In this document: one piece after another, positions 49,722 to 61,217 of the stretch
Position numbering within the stretch: position 1 is the stretch's first letter
Layout of the letters: every line of letters starts with the position of its first letter
From: an uncultured Verrucomicrobiae bacterium
GTDB taxonomy: Bacteria; Verrucomicrobiota; Verrucomicrobiia; Chthoniobacterales; Chthoniobacteraceae
Assembly (NCBI GenBank): GCA_963828525.1
Contig: CAWHEP010000002.1
Span: 160,001 to 224,000 of the forward strand
DNA: 64,000 bases
Reading direction: 5' to 3'
The notes under the pieces: generated by a model
Told to the model about the DNA's origin: nothing
Databases searched by the model: none
The model's input: only the letters and a program-made list of their open reading frames with translations
Position numbers and translations under genes: made by a program

Positions 49722-51206
49722 ATGTTGCTGAACATCCTCATCCTCTGCCCGATTCTTGCCGCGCTCGTCGTAATGGCGGGCGCTCCCGCGAGAGCCGTGG
49801 CTCTCATGGCGGCGGCTATCAACCTTGCGGCGGCCATCTCCGGCTTTCTTGGCTATGACAGGGCGCAAGCAGGGTATCAGTTTGTTTTCTCCAAAAGCAT
49901 CCTGCCCGAATGGCACATGGGTTATGTATTGGGCGCGGATGGCCTGAGCCTGGTGATGCTTCTCCTCACAGCAATTGTGACGCTCGCCGCGATCTGGGTC
50001 ACGCCTCCCATTGAGCGATCCGAACATCTGTTCTACGCCTCTTTGCTATTCATCTCCGCGGGCGCGATGGGAGCGTTTGCCTCTATCGATCTCTTCTTCT
50101 TTTATGCGTTTCACGAGCTGGCGCTCATTCCGACCTTCCTGCTCATCGGCATATGGGGCACGGGAGACCGCCACACAGCCGCCTGGAAGATCACGATCTA
50201 CCTCGCTGTGGGAAGTTTTGTGTTGTTGCTGGGTCTCGTTGGCCTTTACCAGAGTTTCCCCGTCGCCCTCCGGACATTTGACCTTCGCAGGCTTCAGGAA
50301 CTGATCACCTCAGGCCAGGTTCATCCCGCGAACGCGAACCGTATTTATCTGCTGCTGCTCATCGGTTTCGGCATTCTCATCTCACTCTTCCCATTCCACA
50401 CATGGGCGCCCCGCGCCTATGCCTCAGCGCCAGCTCCCGCCGCGATGCTTCACGCCGGAGTGCTCAAGAAGTTCGGCCTTTATGGTTTGATCCGCGTGGC
50501 GTTGCCCCTCCTTCCAGACGCCGCCCGGCATTGGACAAACCTGCTCTTGATCCTTCTGGTGGGCAACATCATCTACGTCGGGCTCGTGACCATCTCTCAG
50601 AAGCGGCTCGACCTGATGCTTGGCTACTCGAGCGTGATGCACATGGGCTACATCTTCCTTGGCATTGCGTCCCTTAACTCGCTCGGGCTTAATGGCGCGG
50701 CATTGCTGATGTTTGCGCATGGGCTTTCCATCGCGGCCTTGTTCGCCATCGCGGGACAGGTGCGAAAGCAGACCGGCACCCTCGCCTTTGAAGATCTGGG
50801 CGGTCTTGCAAAGCCCATGCCTTTCCTTGGTTTCGCCTTTGGCCTTGCCGCCTTCGCTTCAATTGGCCTCCCTGGCTTCGCGAATTTCGCGTCGGAGATT
50901 CTCGTCTTCTTCGGAGCATACGGCAGCCGTTCAGCTGGTGGCTCGGTCAGCTTTCATGTTGCGACGACCCTCGCGCTCTGGGGCGTCGTCATTTCAGCCG
51001 TTTACATGCTGAGAGCTTACCGCGCCGTTTTCCAGGGCGAGATCGCCAAAAAGTGGGTCGACCTGAAGGACGTCGCGTTTTCCTTGCGCATGCCGATCTC
51101 TCTCCTCCTCGCGGCATTGCTGTTGGGAGGCTTCTTCCCAAGAGTGTTCCTGGCGCTCCTGAAACCTTCCGTCAAAGCCGCCGCCCCCGTGGAGCATTTG
51201 TCATGA
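49722..51206 (+). CDS. nuoM: NADH-quinone oxidoreductase subunit M
   Basis: FPFHTW, YSSVMHMG and GLPGFANF..E motifs; operon position. Confidence 0.95.
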   Translation: MLLNILILCPILAALVVMAGAPARAVALMAAAINLAAAISGFLGYDRAQAGYQFVFSKSILPEWHMGYVLGADGLSLVMLLLTAIVTLAAIWVTPPIERSEHLFYASLLFISAGAMGAFASIDLFFFYAFHELALIPTFLLIGIWGTGDRHTAAWKITIYLAVGSFVLLLGLVGLYQSFPVALRTFDLRRLQELITSGQVHPANANRIYLLLLIGFGILISLFPFHTWAPRAYASAPAPAAMLHAGVLKKFGLYGLIRVALPLLPDAARHWTNLLLILLVGNIIYVGLVTISQKRLDLMLGYSSVMHMGYIFLGIASLNSLGLNGAALLMFAHGLSIAALFAIAGQVRKQTGTLAFEDLGGLAKPMPFLGFAFGLAAFASIGLPGFANFASEILVFFGAYGSRSAGGSVSFHVATTLALWGVVISAVYMLRAYRAVFQGEIAKKWVDLKDVAFSLRMPISLLLAALLLGGFFPRVFLALLKPSVKAAAPVEHLS

Positions 51207-52690
51207 TGCAGTCCATCTATCTTGAAATCTTTGTGCTGGTTCTCGGTCTTCTTCTCGTGCTGTTCGAAGCATTCGCGGGGGATGAGGACAAGACGCCCAT
51301 CGCCTGGGTCGGGATGGCTGGGCTGGCGTTTGTTTTCATCCTCACATTTTTTACCGCCAACCATCAGACCCCTCCTCCTGGCGGAGATGCTTACTGGAGC
51401 TTCTACAGGGCAGATGCTCTCGCCCTCTTCTTCAAGCGGTTTGCGCTGCTGACGACCATCTTTGTGCTCATCATGTCGCTCGAATACAAGAGCGTCGTCC
51501 AAAAGTATATCTTCGGTTCGACCGGCGAGGCGGGAATAGGCGAATTCTACACCCTGCCCATTTTTACCTGCGCCGGTTTGATGTGGATGGCGTCCGCTGT
51601 GGATTTCATAATGATTTTCGTCTCCCTGGAGATGGTGACCATTTCCTTTTACGTCCTCGTTAGTTACATGCGGCGCAGTCCGACAGGCATTGAGGCGGGA
51701 GTGAAATATCTCATACTGGGCGCGCTCTCCACAGGCTTTCTGGTCTACGGCATCACCTGGATTTTCGGCATCACCGGCCAAACCGGCCTCGATCAGATCG
51801 CCGCCTCTCTCAGGGACATGAAGGGTTCCCATGCGCCTGTCCTGTTCGGGTTTACTCTCATCCTCGTCGGACTTGGCTTCAAAGTGGCAGCCGCTCCCTT
51901 TCAGCTTTGGGCGCCGGATGTGTACCAGGGCGCTCCAACTCCGATCACCGCCTTTTTGTCCGTCGGCTCCAAAGCAGCCGGATTTGTCGTTCTGATGCGG
52001 GTGCTGGAAGTCTTCGTCTCTGTTCCCGCTATCAGTCACAAAGTGCTGGGCGTGGTGTCGATCATCGCGGCGCTCACCCTCGTCTATGGGAACTTCGCCG
52101 CTATGCCGCAAAATAACATGAAGCGGCTTCTGGCGTATTCCAGCATCGCCCATGCGGGCTATCTGCTGGTTGCCGTGGCTTCCATTGGCTACGCGGGAGC
52201 GGGAGTGGCCATCTCGTACTATCTGGCCGGTTATCTCATGATGACGCTTCTCAGTTTCCTTATTTTGACCGTGGTGGCGAGGCACTCCGCCGGCGATGAC
52301 ATCGCGCATTTCAACGGCTTGAGTAAACGCGCGCCCTCCCTCGCTTTCGGGATGCTGGTGTCGATGGCATCCCTCGCGGGAATCCCCTTCACCGTCGGTT
52401 TTTTTGGCAAATTCCTCGTATTCTACGCTGCCTGGGATCAGGGCCATTTCTATCTGATCGCTCTGGGTGTCGCGACAGTCGCCGTGGGGTTCTACTATTA
52501 TCTGAAGGTGGTCCGCGCCATGTACTGGCAGGAACCCTCCGACATAACCCCGATCCGGGTGGCCCCGCTCACCCGGGCTGCCATCGCCGTGCTGGCGGTC
52601 TGTGTCTTCCTCTTCGGAATTTATCCGTCCCCAATCCTCCACGCGCTGGATCATCCGGCCGCTGAGACCGCAAGGCTTGTTGCCCGCTAG
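51203..52690 (+). CDS. nuoN: NADH-quinone oxidoreductase subunit N
   Basis: EAGVKY, FKVAAAPFQLWAPDVYQGAP, KRLLAYSSIAHAGY and YYYLKV motifs. Confidence 0.96.
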   Translation: MMQSIYLEIFVLVLGLLLVLFEAFAGDEDKTPIAWVGMAGLAFVFILTFFTANHQTPPPGGDAYWSFYRADALALFFKRFALLTTIFVLIMSLEYKSVVQKYIFGSTGEAGIGEFYTLPIFTCAGLMWMASAVDFIMIFVSLEMVTISFYVLVSYMRRSPTGIEAGVKYLILGALSTGFLVYGITWIFGITGQTGLDQIAASLRDMKGSHAPVLFGFTLILVGLGFKVAAAPFQLWAPDVYQGAPTPITAFLSVGSKAAGFVVLMRVLEVFVSVPAISHKVLGVVSIIAALTLVYGNFAAMPQNNMKRLLAYSSIAHAGYLLVAVASIGYAGAGVAISYYLAGYLMMTLLSFLILTVVARHSAGDDIAHFNGLSKRAPSLAFGMLVSMASLAGIPFTVGFFGKFLVFYAAWDQGHFYLIALGVATVAVGFYYYLKVVRAMYWQEPSDITPIRVAPLTRAAIAVLAVCVFLFGIYPSPILHALDHPAAETARLVAR

Positions 52691-52909
52691 AGACCGAGGG
52701 CCAATCCTGAGGGCGCGAAGCCGCGGCGGCGTTGGAAATTGCGCGACGGCAGGCCTCCCTTATGACTTACGATCCGTGGAGTTCGAGCCTTACGACCTTG
52801 CCTCTATCGACTTTTAAGGCAAACAGCGGCGACGTGCTACAATTCGGCAGCAAGACTCGCTCGCGGTGAAACCATTTGCCGAAGCCGCCCCGCCGCGTAA
52901 AATCTTGGG

Positions 52910-53362
52910 ATGAGTCTCCAGGAGCGGGTCGATAATGATTTAAAGGAAGCGATGAAGGCGCGACAGGCTGAAAGGCTCGGGGTGCTGCGCATGCTGAAAT
53001 CCGCGTTGAAGTACGCGGCGATTGAGAAGCATGGGGCGGATGGCTCCCTGGATGACGCGGATGCTTTGGCGGTGGTTCGGAAGCAGGTGAAACAGAGGCA
53101 CGACGCGATCGCGGGGTTTGAGAAAGGGGAGAGGCCGGATCTTGCGGACAAGGAACGATCCGAACTGCCTTTCCTGGATGTTTATCTGCCCAAGGCTCTG
53201 ACACCTGAGGAGATGGCAGTTCTTGTGAGGGAGGCCATCGCTGAAACGGGGGCCACGACGAAGGCGCAGTTTGGAGCGGTGATGAAAGTCGCGCAAGGCA
53301 AGGCGGAAGGAAGAGTGGATGGGAAAACGCTGAGTGAGGAAATCAAAAAGGCGCTTCCCTGA
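52910..53362 (+). CDS. yqeY: GatB/YqeY domain protein
   Basis: DLKEAMKA...LRMLKSA, KQVKQR, YLPK.L and G.VDGK motifs. Confidence 0.92.
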   Translation: MSLQERVDNDLKEAMKARQAERLGVLRMLKSALKYAAIEKHGADGSLDDADALAVVRKQVKQRHDAIAGFEKGERPDLADKERSELPFLDVYLPKALTPEEMAVLVREAIAETGATTKAQFGAVMKVAQGKAEGRVDGKTLSEEIKKALP

Positions 53363-53403
53363 AGCTGCTGGGGATAGAGACACTGATTCACAACTTCTCC
53401 TTC

Positions 53404-54123
53404 TTGCACTCTCCTTTACCCGTCCTCACAGCAATCATCGTCGCGGCAGGCAGCAGCAGGCGCATGGGGTTCGACAAGCTTTTCGCGGAGCTGGACCATC
53501 GGAAAGTAGTGGCGCATTCGATAGGGGCTTTTCACGACTGCAAGCAGGTGAAGCAGATCATCCTTGTGACACGGGAGGATCGGCTTGGAGAGATGCGCCA
53601 GCTCGTGGAGCAGGAGCATTTCACGAAGGTGCGCGAGGTCATCGCGGGCGGGGCGGAGCGGCACCTTTCCGTGTGGAACGGGCTGCGGGCCGTAACTCCG
53701 GACGCGGATTATATCGCAATTCACGACGGCGCGCGCCCGCTGACGAGTCCGAGTCTCATCCGGAAATGTCTAAAGCTGGCGGAGGAGCACGGAGCGGCGT
53801 GTTGCGCGGCCCCGATCCCGGATACGGTGAAGCGCGCCTCTGAGGAGCAGATCGTGTCGGAGAGCGTGGAACGTTCCGGGCTGTGGGCTATGCAGACGCC
53901 ACAGATATTCAGCAGCGGACTGATATTGCAGGCTTACGCGGCGCTGATGGCGAAAAACGAGCCGGTGACGGATGAGGTGTCGGCGGTGCAGCGTCTCGGA
54001 AAGAAGATCGCGCTGCTGCGGAACGACGACTGGAATTTCAAGATCACTTTCCCAAAGGATCTGGAGATGGCCGAGCACGTGCTTGCATCGGGAAAGAAGA
54101 AGATTCCAAGGAAGAAACTGTAA
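53404..54123 (+). CDS. ispD: 2-C-methyl-D-erythritol 4-phosphate cytidylyltransferase
   Basis: AAGSSRRMG.DK, GGAER..SV, IHDGARP, QTPQ and NFKITFP.DL motifs. Confidence 0.95.
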   Translation: MHSPLPVLTAIIVAAGSSRRMGFDKLFAELDHRKVVAHSIGAFHDCKQVKQIILVTREDRLGEMRQLVEQEHFTKVREVIAGGAERHLSVWNGLRAVTPDADYIAIHDGARPLTSPSLIRKCLKLAEEHGAACCAAPIPDTVKRASEEQIVSESVERSGLWAMQTPQIFSSGLILQAYAALMAKNEPVTDEVSAVQRLGKKIALLRNDDWNFKITFPKDLEMAEHVLASGKKKIPRKKL

Positions 54124-55392
54124 ATGGACCCCTGCTATAACATGAGCCGCCTGCCGAACGGAGTGAGAATCGCCTCCGTGGAGATGCCGCACATGCGGAG
54201 TGTGAGCGTGGGCATATGGGCGGGGATCGGGGGCCGGTACGAGTCGCGAAAGACGAGCGGGATCTCGCACTTTCTGGAGCATCTGATCTTCAAAGGCACG
54301 AAGAGAAGGACGGCTCGGCAGATCATCGAAGCGGTGGAGGGAATCGGCGGTTACCTCAACGCGTTCACCACGGAGGATCACACTTGCTTTTATGCCAAGG
54401 CGGCGGGGGAGCATCTTCCGAAGTTGTGCGATGTGCTCTGCGACATGTATCTAAACTCGCATTTCGCCACGGAAGAAGTGGATAGAGAGCGCGAGGTGAT
54501 CCGCGAAGAGATAATGATGTACCGGGATCATCCGGCGCAGCACGCGCAAGAGTTGCTGTCGGAGACGATGTGGCCGGAGCACCCGCTTGGAAGGCCGCTG
54601 ACAGGAACGGTGGATACGATAGCGACGTTCCGCCGCCCGCAGTTGATGGACTTCATGAAGGAACATTATAATGGGCGCACGACGATCGTAACGGTCGCTG
54701 GGAACATCCAGCACGACCGCGTGGTGGCTCTGCTCGGCAAGGCGCTCGCTAGCCTGCCTCCTGGCAAGGTGCCGCGCTTCCATCGATGCGCGGAGGCTTC
54801 GGGCGACATCCGCGTCTCGCTGGTGACCCAGGAGACCGAGCAAACGCACCTGGCGATGGGCTTTTATGGATTGGGGCGCTCGGATGAACGCCGGTTCGCG
54901 CTAAAGCTCCTGAGTGTGATCCTTGGCGAGAACATGAGTTCCCGGCTGTTCCAGAAACTGCGGGAGAAATACGGGTTTTGCTACTCGGTGCAGAGTGGAA
55001 TGGTGGCGCTGGCGGACGCCGGGATGATCAACATCTACGCCGGACTGGACACGGCGAAGTTGAAGCGCGCGATGCAGGTCATCATGCGGGAGTTGGAGGC
55101 GCTTTGCCAAAAGAAGATATCGCGGGGCGAGTTAAAGAAGGCGCAGGATTACACGGTCGGACAGACCTTGATGGGACTGGAGAGCACTACCAACCATATG
55201 ATGTGGCTGGGAGAATCGATCCTCGGATATGGGAAGATTCTTGATCCCGCCGAGATCGAGCAGAAAGTGATGGGTGTTTCGACGGATGACATACAGGGAG
55301 TCGCCTGCTACTGTCTTAATCGCGCCAAGCTAGGGGTGGCAATCGTCGGCCCTGTCGCGGATGCGGAAGCCGTTAAATCCTGGCTCCAATAG
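54124..55392 (+). CDS. M16 family zinc peptidase
   Basis: Inverted zinc motif HFLEH, NAFT and SSRLFQ.LRE motifs. Confidence 0.93.
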   Translation: MDPCYNMSRLPNGVRIASVEMPHMRSVSVGIWAGIGGRYESRKTSGISHFLEHLIFKGTKRRTARQIIEAVEGIGGYLNAFTTEDHTCFYAKAAGEHLPKLCDVLCDMYLNSHFATEEVDREREVIREEIMMYRDHPAQHAQELLSETMWPEHPLGRPLTGTVDTIATFRRPQLMDFMKEHYNGRTTIVTVAGNIQHDRVVALLGKALASLPPGKVPRFHRCAEASGDIRVSLVTQETEQTHLAMGFYGLGRSDERRFALKLLSVILGENMSSRLFQKLREKYGFCYSVQSGMVALADAGMINIYAGLDTAKLKRAMQVIMRELEALCQKKISRGELKKAQDYTVGQTLMGLESTTNHMMWLGESILGYGKILDPAEIEQKVMGVSTDDIQGVACYCLNRAKLGVAIVGPVADAEAVKSWLQ

Positions 55393-55424
55393 CCGTATTG
55401 GCCCGCAAGAGGAAAAATAACATA

Positions 55425-56735
55425 ATGAATGTCGAAGTAGAAAATTTGCCGAATTGCCAGACAACCCTCCGCGTGGAATTGCCACCCGACCAGGTCGAGA
55501 AGACGTGGGATGAGATCGCGAAGGATTACAGCCGGTACGCCCGCATCCCCGGGTTCCGGGCGGGCAAAGCTCCCCGGGTAATGGTCGAGAAGAAGTTCCA
55601 GAAGGAGATCCGCGAGGAAGTGAAGAAGAGACTGCTTTCGGAGAGCTACCGTGAGGCGATCGCGGAAAAGAAGCTTCGCGTGCTTTCGGTTTCCGATGTC
55701 GAGGACTTCGAGATCGCGGAGGACAAGACGCTGCGCTTCACGGCGACGCTCGTGACGGCACCCGAGTTTGAGCTGCCTGAGTACAAGGGCATACCGGTGA
55801 CCGCCCGTAACACCGACGTGACGGAAGAGGAGGTGACCGCCTTCATCGAAGCACTGAGGGATCGGCTCGCGAGTTTCGAGGATTTGACGGACACGCCTCT
55901 GGAGATGGGCTTGTTTGCGGTGGTTGACTATGAAGGCTCCATCGATGGCAAGCCGTTGGAGGAGGCGGCGCCCAAGGCAATCGGGCAGCTTGCCCGCGGG
56001 AAAAACTTCTGGCTGATGCTGGACCCGAAATCCTTTCTTCCCGGCTTCAGCGAGCATCTGGTCGGGGCCATTATGGCCGAAGAACGCGCTTTCCAGATCG
56101 AACTGCCCGGGGATTTCCCGGTTGATGACCTCAAGGGGCGGAAGATCGACTATGTGGTCACCACGCGCGGGATCAAGAGAAAGATCCTTCCGGCTTTGGA
56201 CGACGCGTTTCTGGCGCAAGTGGATCCTGGGAAGACGATGGAAGAGTTCAGGGTCAATGTCCGGGGCCGGATTGAAGTCGATAAGAGGCTGGACGCGGAG
56301 CGAGACAGGCGGAACCAGATCATGAACGTCTTGCTGGGGAAGATCGAATGTGAACTCCCTCCGGCGATGGTGGGCGCGGAGACGAGGCGTATTGTGTCTG
56401 AGCTCGTGAAGGAAAACCAATCCAGAGGCATTCCGGACGAAGCCATCCGGGAAAGTCAAAAAGAACTTCTCAGCGCGGCGGCGGACAGAGCGCGCGAGCG
56501 GTTGAAAAGCGGGTTTGTGCTGACGCGAATCGCGGAGCAGGAGAAAATCACCGTATCAACGGACGAGTTCGAGGACCGGCTCGTCGCGATGGCGCGGCAA
56601 TATGGGATGACGCCCGAGAAACTCCGCAAGGAACTGGACGAACGAGGCTCGCTTGGCCAGGTAGAGGAAGACATCCTGACGGGCAAGGTTCTTGATTTCC
56701 TAAGCTCGAATGCTAGCGTCCAAACCGGCTCCTAG
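55425..56735 (+). CDS. tig: Trigger factor
   Basis: [10 protein letters not shown] motif and FKBP-like domain; lies before clpPX. Confidence 0.95.
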   Translation: MNVEVENLPNCQTTLRVELPPDQVEKTWDEIAKDYSRYARIPGFRAGKAPRVMVEKKFQKEIREEVKKRLLSESYREAIAEKKLRVLSVSDVEDFEIAEDKTLRFTATLVTAPEFELPEYKGIPVTARNTDVTEEEVTAFIEALRDRLASFEDLTDTPLEMGLFAVVDYEGSIDGKPLEEAAPKAIGQLARGKNFWLMLDPKSFLPGFSEHLVGAIMAEERAFQIELPGDFPVDDLKGRKIDYVVTTRGIKRKILPALDDAFLAQVDPGKTMEEFRVNVRGRIEVDKRLDAERDRRNQIMNVLLGKIECELPPAMVGAETRRIVSELVKENQSRGIPDEAIRESQKELLSAAADRARERLKSGFVLTRIAEQEKITVSTDEFEDRLVAMARQYGMTPEKLRKELDERGSLGQVEEDILTGKVLDFLSSNASVQTGS

Positions 56736-56757
56736 AGGCGTTTCAAGGTCAGAATTT

Positions 56758-57420
56758 ATGCGCAACCCACCCCACTCATCCATGGAATCCATCCTCATCC
56801 CGACGGTGATCGAACAAACCGGCAGGGGAGAGCGCGCGTACGATATTTACTCGCGCCTGTTGCGTGACCGTATCGTATTTATCGGCACGGGAATCGACGA
56901 CCATGTCGCCAATCTCGTAATCGCGCAATTGCTCTTCCTCCAGATGGAAGACCCCAAGAAGGATATCAACATCTATATTAACTCCCCGGGGGGATCCGTG
57001 ACAGCGGGTTTGGCGATCTATGACACGATGCAGTTTCTCACATGTGATGTGACGACGTATTGCCTCGGCATGGCCGCCAGCATGGGGGCTGTGCTCCTGT
57101 GCGCGGGCACCAAAGGCAAACGGTACGCCCTGCCAAATTCCGATATAATGATCCATCAGGTGTCGGGTGGCGCACAAGGTGCTGCGAGTGATGTCGAGCG
57201 CCAGGTCGAATACATGTTCAAACTGAAGAAGAGGCTTATCAAAATCATCGCCCTACACACCGGAAAACCGGAGGACCAGGTAAAACTGGACTCGGATCGC
57301 GACTATTACATGACCGCGGCTGAGGCGAAGGATTACGGGCTCGTGGACGAGGTGGTAAAGTCTCGCAAGGAACTAAAGCCTGAATCGCGTCCAGAAACGC
57401 TGGAAGACAAGCCGGAGTAA
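56758..57420 (+). CDS. clpP: ATP-dependent Clp protease proteolytic subunit
   Basis: DIYSRLL, YINSPGG, AASMG and MIHQ motifs. Confidence 0.97.
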   Translation: MRNPPHSSMESILIPTVIEQTGRGERAYDIYSRLLRDRIVFIGTGIDDHVANLVIAQLLFLQMEDPKKDINIYINSPGGSVTAGLAIYDTMQFLTCDVTTYCLGMAASMGAVLLCAGTKGKRYALPNSDIMIHQVSGGAQGAASDVERQVEYMFKLKKRLIKIIALHTGKPEDQVKLDSDRDYYMTAAEAKDYGLVDEVVKSRKELKPESRPETLEDKPE

Positions 57421-57427
57421 AAACAAA

Positions 57428-58705
57428 GTGGCTCGCCCTTCCAACCTCACGATGTGTTCCTTCTGTGGCAAGAGCCACGCGGAAGTGCGCAAACTGATAG
57501 CGGGCCCGGGGGTTTACATCTGCGACAGTTGCATCAATGTCTGCAAAGGCATCCTCGACAAGGAGTTGAGTGAGGACGCGCGACGGCAATCGTCGGCGTT
57601 GCGGGTGCCGAAACCGATGGAGATTCGGCGGCTGCTGGATCAATACGTCATCGGGCAGGAGCGCGCGAAACGGACGCTGGCGGTAGCGGTGCATAACCAT
57701 TACAAGCGCATCTCGCAGACAGTGACCCCGTCAAATGGGGCGGCTTTGTCGATGGACCCGCTGGCGGACGTCGAGATAGAAAAGAGCAACATCCTGCTGA
57801 TCGGACCGACGGGATCGGGAAAGACCCTCTTGGCAAAGACCTTGGCGCGCATCCTGGATGTGCCATTCTGCATCGCGGACGCGACGACGCTCACGGAGGC
57901 TGGCTACGTCGGGGAGGATGTCGAGAACATCATCCTGCGCCTCCTGCAAAATGCCGACTATGATGTGAAGCGGGCGGAGATCGGCATCGTCTATATCGAC
58001 GAAATCGACAAGATCGGGCGGAAAACGGACAACGTGAGCATCACTCGTGATGTGTCGGGGGAGGGTGTGCAGCAAGCGCTGTTGAAGATACTGGAGGGAA
58101 GCACGTGCAATGTGCCTCCACAGGGGGGCAGGAAACACCCTCACCAGGAGTACATCCAGATCAACACGGAGAAGATCCTGTTCATCTGTGGAGGAGCTTT
58201 TGTGGGTTTGGACAAGATCGTTCAGAAGCGGCTGGGACGCCGAACGATGGGCTTCGCGACGGCGGATTCCGGCGTGGAGGATGTGCTTGCCAAGGAGGCG
58301 ATGCGGCACACGGAACCCGAAGACTTGCTGGGATTTGGAATGATCCCGGAGTTCATCGGTCGTCTGCCGGTTGTGACGGCTCTGGACGCCCTTTCAGAAG
58401 ACGAGTTGATGATGATCCTCACGGACACCAAAAACGCGATGATCAAGCAGTACACGAAGCTCCTGGCAATGGAGGGCGTAAACCTGACAGTCACGCGTGA
58501 CGCGCTGCGGGCTCTTGCGGCCCAGGCGGTTCGCAAAGGCACTGGCGCGCGCGCTCTGCGCTCCATGCTCGAAAAGATCATGCTCGATATCATGTATGAG
58601 ATACCGAGCCGGGAAGACATCGCGGACATCACGATCAATCGAGCAGTGGCGGAAGGGAAGAAGTCTCCCGTGATCCGCAAGAAGCAGGACAAGGAAGCGG
58701 CCTGA
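57428..58705 (+). CDS. clpX: Clp protease ATP-binding subunit
   Basis: CSFCGK zinc finger, [13 protein letters not shown] and GARALR motifs. Confidence 0.97.
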   Translation: MARPSNLTMCSFCGKSHAEVRKLIAGPGVYICDSCINVCKGILDKELSEDARRQSSALRVPKPMEIRRLLDQYVIGQERAKRTLAVAVHNHYKRISQTVTPSNGAALSMDPLADVEIEKSNILLIGPTGSGKTLLAKTLARILDVPFCIADATTLTEAGYVGEDVENIILRLLQNADYDVKRAEIGIVYIDEIDKIGRKTDNVSITRDVSGEGVQQALLKILEGSTCNVPPQGGRKHPHQEYIQINTEKILFICGGAFVGLDKIVQKRLGRRTMGFATADSGVEDVLAKEAMRHTEPEDLLGFGMIPEFIGRLPVVTALDALSEDELMMILTDTKNAMIKQYTKLLAMEGVNLTVTRDALRALAAQAVRKGTGARALRSMLEKIMLDIMYEIPSREDIADITINRAVAEGKKSPVIRKKQDKEAA

Positions 58706-58768
58706 GCTGGTTGCCGTTGTTCGTTAGGCTGTTCGACATACGCGACGCGCGTGTTAGAGTAGTCGTTT

Positions 58769-60100
58769 ATGAAAAAACGCCTTTGGCTTAGCACGACTGT
58801 CCTGCTGCTGGTCTTCAGCGCGTTTCTCCTGAGCCGCCAGAGGGAGCTCTTTGCTTCATCGCCCGCGGAGGACGGGGGTTACCCGAATGCCGCGGTATTC
58901 AGCCGCGCGCTCATGCTCATCCGGCAGGATTATGTGGATGAGAAAAAGACCAGCTACAAGGATCTGACGTATTCGGCGCTGCGCGGCATGCTATCGGGCC
59001 TCGATCCGCACAGCCAGTTCATGGATCCGCAGGATTTCCACGGGATGCAGGATGACACACGCAGCCAGTTCGGGGGCCTTGGAGTCGAGGTTTCGCTGCG
59101 GGAGGGCAATCTGACGATCATTTCTCCGATGGAGGATTCTCCTGGATTCAAGGCGGGATTGATGCCCGGCGATCAGATTCTCAAGATAAACGGAGCGTCC
59201 ACGGAGAAGATGGATCTTTCTGAAGCAATACAGCAGCTCCGGGGCGATGTCGGTCAGATCGTCACGCTGACGATTTTGCGGCCAGCAACGAAAGAGATCA
59301 AGGACTACCCGATCGCGCGAGCGGTCATCAAGGTCGATAGCGTGCGGGACGCGAAGCTGCTGGCCTCCGGCGACGATGGCGGCTTCAAGATCGGCTACGC
59401 GCGGATCACGCAGTTTAATGAACCGACCGCGCAGGACCTCGCGAAGCGGCTGGACGAACTCGAAGCGAAGGGAATGCAGGCGTTTATCCTCGACCTGAGA
59501 AACAACCCGGGCGGACTTTTAAATAGCGCGGTTGACGTATGCGGGCAGTTCCTGCCGGGAAACCAGATGGTTGTGTACACGGAAGGGCGGGTCGCCTCGC
59601 AGCGGCACATCTACAGGACGCCGGAAGCGGGCAAACCACGGGCCCGTTTCCCGATGGCGATCCTGATCAACGGGAACAGCGCGAGTGGAGCGGAGATCGT
59701 GGCCGGCGCTCTGAAAGATTTGAACCGGGCGATCCTGGTTGGCGAAACGTCGTTTGGGAAAGGTTCCGTGCAGAGCGTGGTGCAGTTGCCGGATGGTTCG
59801 GCAATACGCCTGACGACGGCGAAGTATTATACCCCGAGCCGGCAGGTCATTCATGAGCATGGGGTCTCCCCGACGATCCATGCCGTGTTGACGAACGAGC
59901 AAGAGCGGCAGCTTTTCCTGATGCGCCGGGAGGAGATGCTGAGCGACACTGAGAAGAAGGAAGTGGCGGGATTTCGCGATACTCAGCTTGAGCGCGCGGT
60001 GGATGCCCTTAAGGGGGTGATGATCTACGCGCAACGCGCTCCCGCCCCGCAGAACCCCGCGGCAAAGGGCGAGCAAGTCGCCGAACCTGCTGGTGAGTAA
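58769..60100 (+). CDS. S41 carboxyl-terminal processing protease
   Basis: LDPHS, PDZ domain, DLRNNPGGLL, SASGAEI and FGKGSVQ motifs. Confidence 0.95.
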   Translation: MKKRLWLSTTVLLLVFSAFLLSRQRELFASSPAEDGGYPNAAVFSRALMLIRQDYVDEKKTSYKDLTYSALRGMLSGLDPHSQFMDPQDFHGMQDDTRSQFGGLGVEVSLREGNLTIISPMEDSPGFKAGLMPGDQILKINGASTEKMDLSEAIQQLRGDVGQIVTLTILRPATKEIKDYPIARAVIKVDSVRDAKLLASGDDGGFKIGYARITQFNEPTAQDLAKRLDELEAKGMQAFILDLRNNPGGLLNSAVDVCGQFLPGNQMVVYTEGRVASQRHIYRTPEAGKPRARFPMAILINGNSASGAEIVAGALKDLNRAILVGETSFGKGSVQSVVQLPDGSAIRLTTAKYYTPSRQVIHEHGVSPTIHAVLTNEQERQLFLMRREEMLSDTEKKEVAGFRDTQLERAVDALKGVMIYAQRAPAPQNPAAKGEQVAEPAGE

Positions 60101-60141
60101 TAACCGGACGATACGGCGCCGCCGGATGGCAGGCGGGTGAC

Positions 60142-61164
60142 ATGAACGCATCGCCGATCGTGCTGGCGATTGAGACCTCGTGCGATGAAACCGCCGTGGC
60201 GATCCTGTCCGGGGAAGGTTTGCTCGCGAGTGAGATTGCCTCGCAAGTCGCCATACACGCGGAGTTTGGCGGGGTGGTCCCTGAGGTCGCCTCGCGCCGG
60301 CATCTCAACGATCTGAAGCCGTTGATCCGTCGCGGGCTCGCGGTCGCTCATTTGGATGTCGCGGAGATAGATGTCTTTGCCGCGACCTCCGGGCCGGGGC
60401 TCGCCACCTCGTTGATGATCGGGGCTTCCACGGCAAAAGCGCTGTCCATGGCGCTGGGCAAAGCCTACAAAGCTGTCAACCATCTCGAAGGGCACTTGCT
60501 GTCCCCTTTCTTCGCAAGCGGGCGCGGCGTCGCGCCAGCCGTGGGGCTTGTGGTTAGCGGCGGGCACACGCTCCTTGTCGATATCCGCGGATTTGGCGCG
60601 TATAAAATACTTGGCGGCACCCGCGATGACGCGGCAGGCGAAGCGTTCGACAAAGTGGGAAAACTTCTTGGTCTGCCTTATCCTGGCGGGCCGGAGATCG
60701 ATCTCCTGGCCCGAGGCGGAGATGTGGCGCGATTCGGTTTTCCGCGCAGCATGCTGGATTCCCCTGACGCGAACTTCAGTTTCAGCGGACTGAAGACGGC
60801 GGTTCGTTACGCGTTGCCGGAGTTGCTTGCGGCTCCGATGGCCGATGTCTGCGCTTCATTCCAGGAGGCGGTCGTGGATGTCCTTGTGGGGAAAACGGTT
60901 CGAGCTGCTTTGGAAACGCGGAATAATCTGGTGGTCGTGAGCGGAGGGGTAAGCTGCAATTCGCGTCTGCGAATCCGAATGAAGGAAGAGTGCGACGCGC
61001 GGGGCATCGAACTCCTGCTTGCGAGTCCCGCCTTATGCACGGACAACGCGGCAATGATCGCGTTCGTAGCGCGGGAGGCGTTCCTGCGCGGAGCGGCCTC
61101 GTCGCCGCTGGATGAGGACATCGATCCAAACCTCAGGCTGGCGGAGGCGGACTGTGAGGGCTGA
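60142..61164 (+). CDS. tsaD: tRNA threonylcarbamoyltransferase subunit TsaD
   Basis: IETSCDET, HLEGH, VSGGHT, DDAAGEAFDK and TDNAAMIA motifs. Confidence 0.97.
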   Translation: MNASPIVLAIETSCDETAVAILSGEGLLASEIASQVAIHAEFGGVVPEVASRRHLNDLKPLIRRGLAVAHLDVAEIDVFAATSGPGLATSLMIGASTAKALSMALGKAYKAVNHLEGHLLSPFFASGRGVAPAVGLVVSGGHTLLVDIRGFGAYKILGGTRDDAAGEAFDKVGKLLGLPYPGGPEIDLLARGGDVARFGFPRSMLDSPDANFSFSGLKTAVRYALPELLAAPMADVCASFQEAVVDVLVGKTVRAALETRNNLVVVSGGVSCNSRLRIRMKEECDARGIELLLASPALCTDNAAMIAFVAREAFLRGAASSPLDEDIDPNLRLAEADCEG

Positions 61165-61217
61165 GGTTCGCCGGGGGCGTTGCGGTTGTGTGGCAAAGGC
61201 TGGAGACTGCTGAGGAT

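Noticed and set aside
48476..52654. Long minus-strand ORFs (453 aa and 545 aa) opposite nuoL, nuoM and nuoN
   Set aside because: Antisense shadows of GC-rich membrane-protein genes with no recognisable motifs.
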